Of a stretch of DNA of 64,000 bases, positions 18,861 to 28,012 are shown piece by piece (positions within the stretch are counted from its first letter, which is position 1; every line of letters starts with the position of its first letter). The translations under genes and the position numbers were made by a program. Origin of the DNA: an uncultured delta proteobacterium (GTDB lineage Bacteria; Myxococcota_A; Polyangia; Polyangiales; Polyangiaceae). Location: contig CAWJCS010000004.1 in assembly GCA_963841435.1 (NCBI GenBank), forward strand, positions 416,001 through 480,000, given 5' to 3'. The notes under the pieces are model-generated. The model made no database searches and was not told where the DNA came from. It saw only the letters and a list, made by a program, of their open reading frames with translations.

Positions 18861-19874
18861 GTGGCAGCAACCCTCGCGCCGGTCGCAAAGGACATCGAGC
18901 TTCTCGCGCGGACAGCGGAAGCCTGCCAGCGCCTGCGCAAAGAGGTCGCCAAGGTCGTCGTAGGGCACGATGGGGCCGTAGACGGTCTGCTGGTCACGCT
19001 GCTCGCCAGGGGGCACGCCCTGCTCGTGGGGGTCCCCGGGCTGGCCAAGACCCTTCTGGTCTCGAGCGTCGCGCAGGCGCTCGATCTGAGCTTCGGGCGC
19101 GTCCAGTTCACCCCCGACCTCCTGCCGGCCGACATCACGGGGACCGACGTGCTTTCGAACCGGGAGGAAGGCGGCCGCGTGGAGCAGCGCATCGGCTTCA
19201 TGCCCGGACCGATCTTCAAGAACCTCGTGCTCGCTGACGAGGTCAACCGCACGCCGCCGAAGACGCAGGCGGCGCTGCTCCAGGCCATGCAAGAACGACG
19301 GGTCACCGCTGGCGGCGTCACGCACGTGTTGCCGGACCCGTTCCAGGTGTTCGCCACGCGCAATCCCATCGAGCAAGAAGGAACCTATCCGTTACCCGAG
19401 GCGCAGCTCGATCGCTTCTTGCTAGAGATCCACGTCGAGTACCCGTCGGCGGACGAGGAGCGCGACATCGCGCGGCGCACGACCTCCGGGCTCACGCCGG
19501 AGCTCGAGTCCGTCGTCAGCGTCGACGAGCTCCGGGAGATCGGCGCGCTCGTGCCTCGCATACCGATCACGGACGAGGCGGTGGATCTCGCGGTCAAGCT
19601 CGCGCGCCTATCGCGACCGGGAGAGCCTGCCGCGCCCAAGGAAGTGAGCGAGTACGTGCGCTTCGGCGCCGGTCCACGCGGTAGCCAGGCGCTCGTGCTC
19701 GCGGCCAAGGCCAGGGCGGCGTCGAACGGTGAGGCGGCGGCCGACCTCGACGACGTGCTCGCGCTCGCCCTGCCCGCGCTCAGACACCGCCTCGTCTTGA
19801 GCTATCGCGCCGACGTGGATGGTATCCACGCCGCCGACATCGTGAACAAGCTCGTCGAGCGCGCGCAGAGGTGA
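18861..19874 (+). CDS. moxR: MoxR family AAA+ ATPase
   Basis: GVPGLAKT Walker A, RVQFTPDLLPADITG, LADEVNRTPPKTQAALL, EGTYPLPEAQLDRF. Confidence 0.93.
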   Translation: MAATLAPVAKDIELLARTAEACQRLRKEVAKVVVGHDGAVDGLLVTLLARGHALLVGVPGLAKTLLVSSVAQALDLSFGRVQFTPDLLPADITGTDVLSNREEGGRVEQRIGFMPGPIFKNLVLADEVNRTPPKTQAALLQAMQERRVTAGGVTHVLPDPFQVFATRNPIEQEGTYPLPEAQLDRFLLEIHVEYPSADEERDIARRTTSGLTPELESVVSVDELREIGALVPRIPITDEAVDLAVKLARLSRPGEPAAPKEVSEYVRFGAGPRGSQALVLAAKARAASNGEAAADLDDVLALALPALRHRLVLSYRADVDGIHAADIVNKLVERAQR

Positions 19875-19877
19875 CGC

Positions 19878-20153
19878 TTGGTTGACGCTAACCTCAAGGC
19901 GGAAATCAAGGCGCTCCTCATCGAGGCGCTCGATCTTCGCAGCAAGAAGCCGGAGGACATCGGCGACGACCTTCCCCTTTTCGGTGACGGGCTCAAGCTC
20001 GACTCGCTCGACGCGCTGCAGCTCGCCGTCGCGCTCGAGGAACGCTACGGCCTCGAGGTGCCCGAGGGGGAGGATGGGCGACGAATCTTCACGTCCGTTG
20101 CCACCCTCGCCGACGCCGTCTCACGGGTGATCGGAGAGCGGAAGCAGCCGTAG
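19878..20153 (+). CDS. Acyl carrier protein
   Basis: 91 aa acidic protein with the PLFGDGLKLDSLDAL phosphopantetheine motif. Confidence 0.9.
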   Translation: MVDANLKAEIKALLIEALDLRSKKPEDIGDDLPLFGDGLKLDSLDALQLAVALEERYGLEVPEGEDGRRIFTSVATLADAVSRVIGERKQP

Positions 20154-20154
20154 C

Positions 20155-22347
20155 GTGGCGTTCTCGCGTGTTGCCGTGACGGGTGTCGGCGTCGTGTCCG
20201 CGCTCGGGGTCGGCGCGGAGCGCACGTTCGAGAGCCTCGTGGCCGGGGTGAGTGGCGTGCGTGCCGTCGCGCTGTTCGACCCGCTCGATGCACGCTCACG
20301 ACTCGCCGCCGAGGTCGTCGGGCTCGACGTGTCGCACGTGGCGCCCGCGGGCGCGCGTGGTTGGTCGCGGACGGACGCCATGGCGCTGCTCGCGGCCGAC
20401 GAGGCCCTGCGGGCGTCGGGAGCGGGCCCGAAGCGCCTCGGCGTTTGCCTCGGTGGCACCACGGGCGGGATGTTCGAGACAGAGGCGGAGCTCATGGGCG
20501 GGTCCCTCGAGCGCGTCGAGCCCGAGCGCGCCCGGCGTCTGCTCGACCATCCGCTCGACCGCGTCGCCGAGCGGGTCGCGGGCGTGCTGGGCGCCGTTCG
20601 TCACGCGACCGTGTGCGCGGCTTGCGCGAGCGGGGCCATCGCCGTCGTGCGGGCCGTGGCGTGGCTCGAGCGCGGTCTCGTCGATCGCGTGCTGGCCGGC
20701 GGCGCCGATGGGCTGTGCCGCCTCACGTTCTTCGGCTTCGACGCGCTCGGAGCCCTGGATCCGGAGCCGTGCCGTCCGTTCGATCGCGGTCGCCGGGGGC
20801 TTTCGCTCGGCGAAGGAGCGGGCTTTCTGGCGCTCGAGCGCGAGGAGGCGGCGCTCGAGCGCGGCGCGCGGATCCTCGCGTTCGTCAGTGGGGCCGCCGT
20901 CGGAGCAGAAGCGCATCACATCACTCACCCCGAGCCTTCCGCCGTCCGCGCGACCGAGCTGGTCGCGGAGGCGATGGCGTCGGCCGGTCTGCGCCCCGCC
21001 GACGTCGATTACGTCAACGCCCACGGGACGGGCACCCCCCAGAACGACGCCATGGAGGCGCTCGCGCTGCATGGCGCGCTCGGAGCGGAGGCTCGTCGTA
21101 TCCTCTGCTCGTCGTGCAAGGGTCAGCTCGGGCACACGCTCGGCGCCGCGGGTGCCATAGAAGCGTGCGTGACGGCGCTCGCGCTCGAGCGAGGCATTGC
21201 ACCGCCGACGGGCGGTCTCGCCGATCCCGAGGACGCGAGCCTCGCCCACGTGCTTGCCCGCGGGCGCGAGGCGTCGCTGCGCGCGGCACTTTCGTGCTCC
21301 TTCGGGTTCGGGGGCACGGGCACGGTGCTCGCGCTCGAGCGGGCCGACCAGGCGTCGCGAGCCGCCGCACCCGAGCCCGTGGCGCGTGCCGTGGTGACCG
21401 GTGTTGCCGTGGCCGGGGCCTTTGGGGAGCTTGCCGGCCGCGCGGCCGCCGCGCTGGCTCTTGCCGAGCCGGGTCCGCCGCCCCCTGCGCTGCCGAGCCC
21501 CATCGAGCGGCTGAGCGCAGAGCGTTCGCGCCGCTTCGACCGTGGTGCTGCGTGGCTCACCAGGGTCGCCGAGCTCTGCCTCGCTGACGCCGGGACGGCT
21601 GCGGCGGGCTCCGGTCTGGTGGGCGGTGCGGCCTTTGGCAGCGTCACCCGGTCGGTGGAGTTCGTCTTGCGTGCGCTGTCGCGTGGGGTGCGCCGCGCGA
21701 ACCCCGCGGAGTTCCCGCACCTCGTGGGGTCCGGTGCGACGGGCAACGCCTCCATCTATCTGGGGCTCACGGGGCCGGTGCTCGCCGTGGCCGCGGGGGA
21801 GGGGAGCGCCGAGAGTGCGCTCGAGGCGGCGCTCGACCTCTCGCTCGTTTCCGGGTGTCAGTCGTTGCTTGCGGGAAGCGCCGAGGGTCTCGATGCGATC
21901 GTCGCTGCCGTGCGTCCGCCCGTTGCACGCGAGGGCACGACGCCGACGCGCTCGGAGGGTGCGGGCCTCGTGCTCGTCGAGACGCTCGAGCGGGCTCTCC
22001 TACGGGGTGCGACGCCGCTCGCGGCGCTCGACGCACCGCTGATGCTTTCCGCGCCCTACCCGGTGGACCGCGTGCTCGCCCCACCGCGAAATGCCGCGCG
22101 CGCTCTCTTGCTGCGAGGCTCGCTCTCGGCCGAGCACCGGGCGGCGCTCGGCTCCTCGCGCTGGGGCAAAGGCGAGAGCCGGTCGCTGCTCGACGTTGTG
22201 GGATTCTTCGAGGGGCTCTCGGGCGTGGTGCTTGCCGTGGCGGCCGCCGTCGTCGCCGACGGAGGTGCAGACGAGGTGCTCGCGTGCACCAGCGTCGGCG
22301 AAGCGCTCTACCTGACGCGGTTCGACCGCATCGGCGGCGCGCCATGA
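20155..22347 (+). CDS. Beta-ketoacyl synthase fused to a non-catalytic KS/chain-length-factor-like domain
   Basis: The N-domain has an intact Cys-His-His set (ACASG, NAHGTGT, KGQLGHTLGAAG). The C-domain restarts with AVVTGVAV and has NPAEFPHLV but GEGS at the Cys position. Confidence 0.85.
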   Translation: MAFSRVAVTGVGVVSALGVGAERTFESLVAGVSGVRAVALFDPLDARSRLAAEVVGLDVSHVAPAGARGWSRTDAMALLAADEALRASGAGPKRLGVCLGGTTGGMFETEAELMGGSLERVEPERARRLLDHPLDRVAERVAGVLGAVRHATVCAACASGAIAVVRAVAWLERGLVDRVLAGGADGLCRLTFFGFDALGALDPEPCRPFDRGRRGLSLGEGAGFLALEREEAALERGARILAFVSGAAVGAEAHHITHPEPSAVRATELVAEAMASAGLRPADVDYVNAHGTGTPQNDAMEALALHGALGAEARRILCSSCKGQLGHTLGAAGAIEACVTALALERGIAPPTGGLADPEDASLAHVLARGREASLRAALSCSFGFGGTGTVLALERADQASRAAAPEPVARAVVTGVAVAGAFGELAGRAAAALALAEPGPPPPALPSPIERLSAERSRRFDRGAAWLTRVAELCLADAGTAAAGSGLVGGAAFGSVTRSVEFVLRALSRGVRRANPAEFPHLVGSGATGNASIYLGLTGPVLAVAAGEGSAESALEAALDLSLVSGCQSLLAGSAEGLDAIVAAVRPPVAREGTTPTRSEGAGLVLVETLERALLRGATPLAALDAPLMLSAPYPVDRVLAPPRNAARALLLRGSLSAEHRAALGSSRWGKGESRSLLDVVGFFEGLSGVVLAVAAAVVADGGADEVLACTSVGEALYLTRFDRIGGAP

Positions 22348-24146
22348 GGCCCGTCGCCGTCGTTGCGGCAGGAGCAATTTCCGCGCTCGGTGAGGGTGAC
22401 CCCGGCGCGTCGATCGGCGACCCCGCGGTGCCGGTGATCACTCGTGTCGCCCACGACGAGCCGTTCGCGCGGGCGGGACTCTTGCGACCGCGCGCCGCGC
22501 GCGTGCCCGTCGCGCTCGCTCCCGACGCCGACCGCGCGCACGCGCTGCTTCGCCGCGCGGCCGCGCTGCTCCGCCGCGACCTCGAAGTTGCACTGCCGGA
22601 TCTCGGCGCGCGCCGTGTGGCCGTGCTCGTCGGCACGTCGGGCGCCGGTATGCCGAGCCTCGAGCGTGCGCTGTCGCTGCGCGCGCGGGGCGAACCGATT
22701 CCGACGGCCCTCGCGCGCAGCGCCGGTTATAGGCTGCCTCCGAGCACGTTCGAAGACCTGTTCGACGATCGCTGGCAGGTGATCCAGCTGCTCGTCGCGT
22801 GTGTCTCCTCGACGCTGGCGATCGGTCTCGGTGTCCGGCTCCTCGGGCTGGGCGAGGCGGATCTCGTGATCGCGGGTGGCTACGATGCGCTCTCCTGCTT
22901 CATCGCCACGGGCTTCGAGGCGCTGGGGGCCACGACCGCGACGTGCCCACGGCCGTTTCGGCGCGATCGCGACGGCATGGCGCTGGGCGAAGGAGCTGCG
23001 TTGCTCGCACTTTCGCGGCTCGGCGAGGCGCCCGCGCGGCTCGGCTGCGTGCTCGGCTTCGGCGCGAGCTCGGACGCGCTGCACGTGACCGCTCCGGATC
23101 CGAGCGGCGCCGGGCTCGAGCGCGCGGCCCGCGCTGCGCTCGACGACGCCGGGCTCGATACGGCCGCCGTGGATTGGGTGAGCGCACACGCCACGGCGAC
23201 CCGGCACAACGACGCGGCGGAAGCGGCTGCGCTGACGGCACTGTTCGGCGGGCGCGACGTGCCGGTCGCCGTCCATCCGTTCAAGGCGACGATCGGGCAC
23301 ACGCTGGGTGCCGCGGGCGCGCTCGAGTCGCTCGCGGCACTCGGCGCGATCCGCGCGGGCGTGGTCCCGGGCGCGCCGGGGCATGGCGACCTCGACGCGT
23401 CGTTTCCGGGGCGTTTGCTCGCGGCGACGGAGCGCGCAGCGTCGAAGGTTTGCCTCAAGCTCTCGTCGGCGTTCGGCGGCATGAATGCCGCGCTCGTGCT
23501 CGGCGCCGCGCCACCGGCTACCACGGCGTCGGGCCCGTCCGCGGGGGCCGGCGCGGACGGCACGCCTGGGGACGCGCCGTCCGCGCCGGCCGCGATTGTC
23601 GCGCGCTCGGTCCGTCCGCTCACGGCCTGGCTCGCCGTGAGCGAACCGGACCTCGGCCTGCTCACTCGGCGCACGCGCCTCGAGCCCGTGCGCATCGAAC
23701 GCCTCGACCGCGTGAGCGCGCTCGCTGTCACCGCGGTCGCGCGTTTGCTCGATTCGCTCGGCAAGGTGGATCCGGCGCGCACCGCGGTCGTCGTGGGCAC
23801 CGTGCTCGGCTCCCTCGAAGCCAACGAACGCTTCGACCGACGCCGGCGGGATCGCGGCGCTGCCGGGGTCGAACCCCGCCGCTTCCCCGAGACCTCGCCA
23901 AACCTACCGGCCGGGCTCTGCTCCATCGCCTTCGGCCTGCTGGGCCCGTCCCTGGCCGTCGGCGGGGGCTCCCGAGCCCCCGAGGAGGCGGAGCGCCTCG
24001 CGCGCTTGCTCGTGGCCTGCGGGGATGCCGATTGGGCGCTGGTCGTCACGGCGGACGATGTCGGCGCCGTGGCAAAGGACCTGCTGCCGGCCGGCGGCTT
24101 GGCGCTGCCCCCTGACGGGGCACAGGCGGTGGCCTTCGGCGTCTGA
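22344..24146 (+). CDS. Second beta-ketoacyl synthase/CLF-like fusion
   Basis: ATG 22344 (ATGA overlap); ACVSS, SAHATAT, KATIGHTLGAAG; C-terminal EPRRFPETSPN...GPSLAV domain without catalytic residues. Confidence 0.83.
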   Translation: MRPVAVVAAGAISALGEGDPGASIGDPAVPVITRVAHDEPFARAGLLRPRAARVPVALAPDADRAHALLRRAAALLRRDLEVALPDLGARRVAVLVGTSGAGMPSLERALSLRARGEPIPTALARSAGYRLPPSTFEDLFDDRWQVIQLLVACVSSTLAIGLGVRLLGLGEADLVIAGGYDALSCFIATGFEALGATTATCPRPFRRDRDGMALGEGAALLALSRLGEAPARLGCVLGFGASSDALHVTAPDPSGAGLERAARAALDDAGLDTAAVDWVSAHATATRHNDAAEAAALTALFGGRDVPVAVHPFKATIGHTLGAAGALESLAALGAIRAGVVPGAPGHGDLDASFPGRLLAATERAASKVCLKLSSAFGGMNAALVLGAAPPATTASGPSAGAGADGTPGDAPSAPAAIVARSVRPLTAWLAVSEPDLGLLTRRTRLEPVRIERLDRVSALAVTAVARLLDSLGKVDPARTAVVVGTVLGSLEANERFDRRRRDRGAAGVEPRRFPETSPNLPAGLCSIAFGLLGPSLAVGGGSRAPEEAERLARLLVACGDADWALVVTADDVGAVAKDLLPAGGLALPPDGAQAVAFGV

Positions 24147-24147
24147 G

Positions 24148-24186
24148 CCCCGCTTCGCCCCGCGGGGCGAAGCGGGGGCCCCTTTT
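24148..24186 (+). terminator. GC-rich hairpin, probable intrinsic terminator
   Basis: Perfect 30-bp palindrome CCCCGCTTCGCCCCG|CGGGGCGAAGCGGGG (24148-24177) right after the KS2 stop, followed by GCCCCTTTT. Confidence 0.55.
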
Positions 24187-24261
24187 CAAGGCGCGTCCCC
24201 CCGGTGTAGCGTCCGCGCGGAATACGGTTCCCCCCGAGGGGCGTTCCACCGATCGAACGGC

Positions 24262-24741
24262 ATGCTTCGCTTCCCTGTCCACGCCGCCGCCCTCGCGGTC
24301 ACGCTCGTCGTCAGCGCCTGCTCCCGCGACTACATCCCGAACACCGACATCGAGGACAGCGACTTCAACCGCCGCGTCGTCGAGTTCTGCGAGGACTACC
24401 GCCATGCGGTCGAGCGCCGCAACGTCGGCATGCTGCTCAAGCTCGCCGACCCTCGCTACTACGAGGACGGCGGTACCTCCGACACGAGCGATGACCTCGA
24501 CTATGCGGGTCTGAAGCAATACCTCGAAGGCAAGTTCCGCGAGGTGAACGGCATTCGCTACGAGGTGCGCTATCGGGAGGTCACGCGCGGCCGAAACGAG
24601 GAGGTGTACGTGGCGTACACCTACAGCGCAAGCTACAAGGTCCCGAGCGAAAACGGCGACGTGTGGCGTCGGCGCGTCGCCGACAACCGCCTCGAGCTCG
24701 TGCCCAAGGGCGACGTCTTCCGTATCATCGCCGGCATGTGA
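24262..24741 (+). CDS. Lipoprotein, NTF2/SnoaL-like fold suspected
   Basis: ATG 24262, lipobox VSAC; helix (EDYRHAVERRN..LLKLA) followed by beta strands. Confidence 0.75.
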   Translation: MLRFPVHAAALAVTLVVSACSRDYIPNTDIEDSDFNRRVVEFCEDYRHAVERRNVGMLLKLADPRYYEDGGTSDTSDDLDYAGLKQYLEGKFREVNGIRYEVRYREVTRGRNEEVYVAYTYSASYKVPSENGDVWRRRVADNRLELVPKGDVFRIIAGM

Positions 24742-24745
24742 TGCG

Positions 24746-25366
24746 TCAGCTCGGGCGGAAGTCTTCGACGATCTCCTGAATCACGAAGCTTTCGCCGCGT
24801 GGCGTGAGTCGGAACACGAGATCGTCTCCGAACACGCGGGGGCGCCCCGCCCAAGCCACGGCGATGTGGACCTGCACCACCACCTCGTCGCCGCGAGGCT
24901 CGAGTGGCGCGGACGAGCCGCTCGTGCTGCGTCCGCCGCTCTCCCAAGTTTCGACGTCGCTCGATCGATACAGCGTTTCCCCGCGCAGCCCGCGATAGTC
25001 GAGCCTGACGAAGCGACCGACGTAGTAGCCGCGTGCGGGCTCGCGCCGCGATCCGGCTTGCACCACGGCGTTCGGCGCGAGGACGGTGTCGAGGCTGCTC
25101 GGCGACTCCTCGAGGAGCGCGTGGAAGAACGCGTTGACGGCGGCGCGCGCCTTGCGGGGGTCGATGGGAGCACGCAGAACGACCAGGCCCTCGTCGGTCT
25201 GGGCGTCGTCCGACGGCTCGGGCAGCGCCGTCGACCGTGCGACCTCGGTACCCGCCGGGACGCGTGGCGCGTCGGGAAGGGTCGCGACCGTCTCGAACGG
25301 CGGACCTCCTCGTGGTGCGCAACCGATCGCGACGACGAGGCTACAGAGCTTCCACGAGCGGCTCAT
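24746..25366 (-). CDS. Lipoprotein, NTF2-like fold suspected
   Basis: Lipobox AIGC; AVNAFFHALLEES..LDTVLAPNA pattern. Confidence 0.68.
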   Translation of the reverse strand: MSRSWKLCSLVVAIGCAPRGGPPFETVATLPDAPRVPAGTEVARSTALPEPSDDAQTDEGLVVLRAPIDPRKARAAVNAFFHALLEESPSSLDTVLAPNAVVQAGSRREPARGYYVGRFVRLDYRGLRGETLYRSSDVETWESGGRSTSGSSAPLEPRGDEVVVQVHIAVAWAGRPRVFGDDLVFRLTPRGESFVIQEIVEDFRPS

Positions 25367-26168
25367 CGGTGCGCGTCATGGAAACGAGACAGTGGCCTTC
25401 GAGCGCACGGAATCCGTTTGGTACGGCCTCGGCCTCGGAGACGATGAGAGTGAAGTGAGTGCTCTCGATGCTGGGGATCCGCGCGCGCTTCATGCTGTCC
25501 TCGCCGAGCAGCCCCTCGACGTCTTCCTTGCCCTTGAGCACGCGGATTACCATCGTGCCGTTTCGGTGAACGGCGACCATTCGCTCGCCGTCGGTGACGA
25601 GAATGTCCCCGGCGTTCGGTCCGAAGCCCTCCTCGGCGGATAGGCGATCCACCAGGGCGATGGACGCCCGCAGCGCTGCGGCAATGGCTTCGTGGCTCGT
25701 GTGCGCACGCTCGAGATGGCCGGCGTCGTGCAGAAAAGACAGAAACAAATAGAAGAAGAGCTCGCTGTCGGTTTCGCCGCGCACGTTGCGCCGGAGAAAC
25801 TCCGGTTGGGCCTCGAGCAACCGGCCACGCAGCCGCTCGAAGCCGTCGATGGTGCCCGTCTGGGCCCAGAGCCAGGAGCGATAGCGGAACGGGTGAGTAT
25901 TCTCGGTGCGCAAGGCGCCGACGCTGGCGCGCCGCAGGTGGCCGAGGAGCACGTCGGCGCGCACGTCCTCCGCCGCTTCTGCGAGATCGATCTCCTCGCG
26001 GTCATCGAGCGGACGGCGGCGCAGCAGCACCTCCCCGGCCTGATAAAAGCCCAGGCCCCAGCCGAGCGGTTGATCGGCCGGGCGCCGCGCGCGCAGCACG
26101 GCGCGGTTCGACCCGAGGACCAGGGCCCCGAGGTCCGCGCGGTTACCGATGAAGCCGAACATCCTCAT
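25341..26168 (-). CDS. Class II glutamine amidotransferase-like protein (YafJ/EgtC family) lacking the N-terminal Cys
   Basis: GWGLGFY, LLGHLRRASVG..ENTHPF, GETDSE motifs. Starts MRMFG, with an in-frame stop 4 codons upstream. Confidence 0.85.
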   Translation of the reverse strand: MRMFGFIGNRADLGALVLGSNRAVLRARRPADQPLGWGLGFYQAGEVLLRRRPLDDREEIDLAEAAEDVRADVLLGHLRRASVGALRTENTHPFRYRSWLWAQTGTIDGFERLRGRLLEAQPEFLRRNVRGETDSELFFYLFLSFLHDAGHLERAHTSHEAIAAALRASIALVDRLSAEEGFGPNAGDILVTDGERMVAVHRNGTMVIRVLKGKEDVEGLLGEDSMKRARIPSIESTHFTLIVSEAEAVPNGFRALEGHCLVSMTRTDEPLVEAL

Positions 26169-26261
26169 GACACGAGCTTACCGATCCACATCTTACCGCG
26201 CCTGAAGGAAAGCTCAACGCGTCGCCCCAACTCCGTGGCCGCTCGGTGGTATGGTTTTCGC

Positions 26262-27054
26262 GTGAACAGGACGGCATTCCTCGCGCTCGGCTGCCTTGGC
26301 TGCGGAGCAGTGTTCCCCGAGATTTCCACCCCACTTCGCTCGCCACCGCCGGGCTTCGTGCTCGAGCCGCGGCCGCCGAAGGATTCTTTTGTACATTCGC
26401 TTCGAAAGCGCCGTCATTCCGGCGAAGACGCGCGACGGGCGGCACTGGGACTCGGTGGGCGGTGAGGCCCCGGATCCGTACGGCAAAATTCTCGTTAACG
26501 GCAAAGAGCTCATCCTCACCCCGGTGCAGAGCGACACCACGCGCCCTACATGGCCCGACCAGGAGCCCGCAAACTACGTGATTCGGCCCTCCGACAGCAT
26601 TCGCGTCGAGCTCTGGGACTCGAATCCCCTCACCAACCATCCGATCTGTGCGGAATCCGTCCGCGAGCTCGCGCAGGCGGCCCAGAGCGGTGAGCCGAGC
26701 CTCGAGGTCCGCTGTGACAACGGTGGCTGGATCACGCTCACCGTGGAGCCCGCGCACGGAAAGCTCGGGCTCGGCTTCAGCTACGGGCTCGGCACCGACC
26801 AGGCGTCGCTCACGAAGGTGATTCGCGAATCGCCCGCTGGGCGCGCGGGGCTGCGAGCCGGCGACCAGATCCTGAGCGTCCAGGGAAAGCAGGTTTCGAA
26901 GCTCGAAGAGGGCGCCCTGCAGAGCCTCATCAACGCCAACGCCGCAATCGGCCTGACGCTCGAGGTGAAGGGCCAGGAGGGCCGCAACAAGACCGTTACC
27001 GTCAAGGACGGCTCGGTCTACCCGGCGGTCGACGAGGGCGTCCCCCTGCCATGA
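26262..27054 (+). CDS. Lipoprotein with C2-like and PDZ domains; +1 frameshift near 26385
   Basis: GTG 26262 with lipobox CLGC. Frame 1 (..EPRPPKD) continues as LLYIRFESAVIP if one T in ggattctttt is removed. PDPY...ELWDSN is C2-like; SPAGRAGLRAGDQILSV is PDZ-like. Confidence 0.7.
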
Positions 27055-27950
27055 GTGATCGCCCGGGCCCCCCTGATCCGCCGCTCTTCTTCCCCGAGCC
27101 CGACAGGGGCGTCCTGGTGGTGGAAGGACCCGAACGGGTCAGCTGGCTCAACGGGGTCGTGACTTGTGACGTGACGCGCGTCGAGCCCGAGCGCGGCGTG
27201 TTCGGTCTCCTGCTCAGCAAGCAGGGCAAGGTCCAGACGGAGCTTCGCATCGTGGCGTCGAGCTCGGCGTTGTTCCTGTCGGTTGCGCCGGGCACGCCGG
27301 CGGAGGCCGCCAGCGATCTCGAGCGCATGCTCGTCATGGAGGACGCCGAGCTTTCGGACCAGAGTGGGTCGCTCACTACCGTGACATTGCTCGGCGCGGG
27401 AGCGTCAGCGCTCCTGCGAGCCGTGACGGAGCCCTTAGCGGTCGCCTGGGGGGCGCTTTCGCGCGGCGGGCTCTCGAGCATCGAGCTGATCGTCGAGCGC
27501 CAGGTGCTCGAGCGCGCCTGTGCCGCGCTCGAGGCAGCGGGCGCGTGCCGGGCCAGCGACGAATCCTGGCAGGCGCTGCGCGTCGAGAGCGGCACGGGCG
27601 CGTTCGGGCGGGACTACGGGCCAACGGACAATCCTCACGAAGCGGGTCTCGACCGCCAGGCGGTCGATTGGGCCAAGGGCTGCTACCTCGGGCAGGAGGT
27701 CGTGTTCATGCAGGACGCCCGGGGACGCGTGAAGCGCCGTCTGGTCGCCCTGCGCGTCGAGTCGGGGGTGCCTGCGGTGGGAAGCCCGATCGTCGGGCCC
27801 TCGGGGGAGGCCGCGGGGGAAGTCACGAGCGTGGTTGCCGCGCCGGGCGGCGCATTCGCGCTCGGCCGCGTGCTCGCGCCGCACTTCGAGCCGGGGACGC
27901 GCCTCGTCACGGCTGGCTTCCCGGCCGAAGTGCGCCGGCCCCCGCTTTGA
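27051..27950 (+). CDS. ygfZ: YgfZ/GcvT-like folate-binding Fe-S cluster repair protein
   Basis: KGCYLGQE signature. Confidence 0.88.
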   Translation: MSDRPGPPDPPLFFPEPDRGVLVVEGPERVSWLNGVVTCDVTRVEPERGVFGLLLSKQGKVQTELRIVASSSALFLSVAPGTPAEAASDLERMLVMEDAELSDQSGSLTTVTLLGAGASALLRAVTEPLAVAWGALSRGGLSSIELIVERQVLERACAALEAAGACRASDESWQALRVESGTGAFGRDYGPTDNPHEAGLDRQAVDWAKGCYLGQEVVFMQDARGRVKRRLVALRVESGVPAVGSPIVGPSGEAAGEVTSVVAAPGGAFALGRVLAPHFEPGTRLVTAGFPAEVRRPPL

Positions 27951-28012
27951 CGGGGGTCCGAAAAGCGCAGGGCGGGGCTTTGCCGGAGCCCGACGCGGTA
28001 TAAGTAGTGCCC

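Noticed and set aside
17594-19369. 591-aa extended flippase-like ORF and similar 5' extensions (1313, 13591, 21855, 32642, 33511, 53106)
   Set aside because: The extensions overlap other real genes; downstream starts coupled to neighbouring stops fit better.
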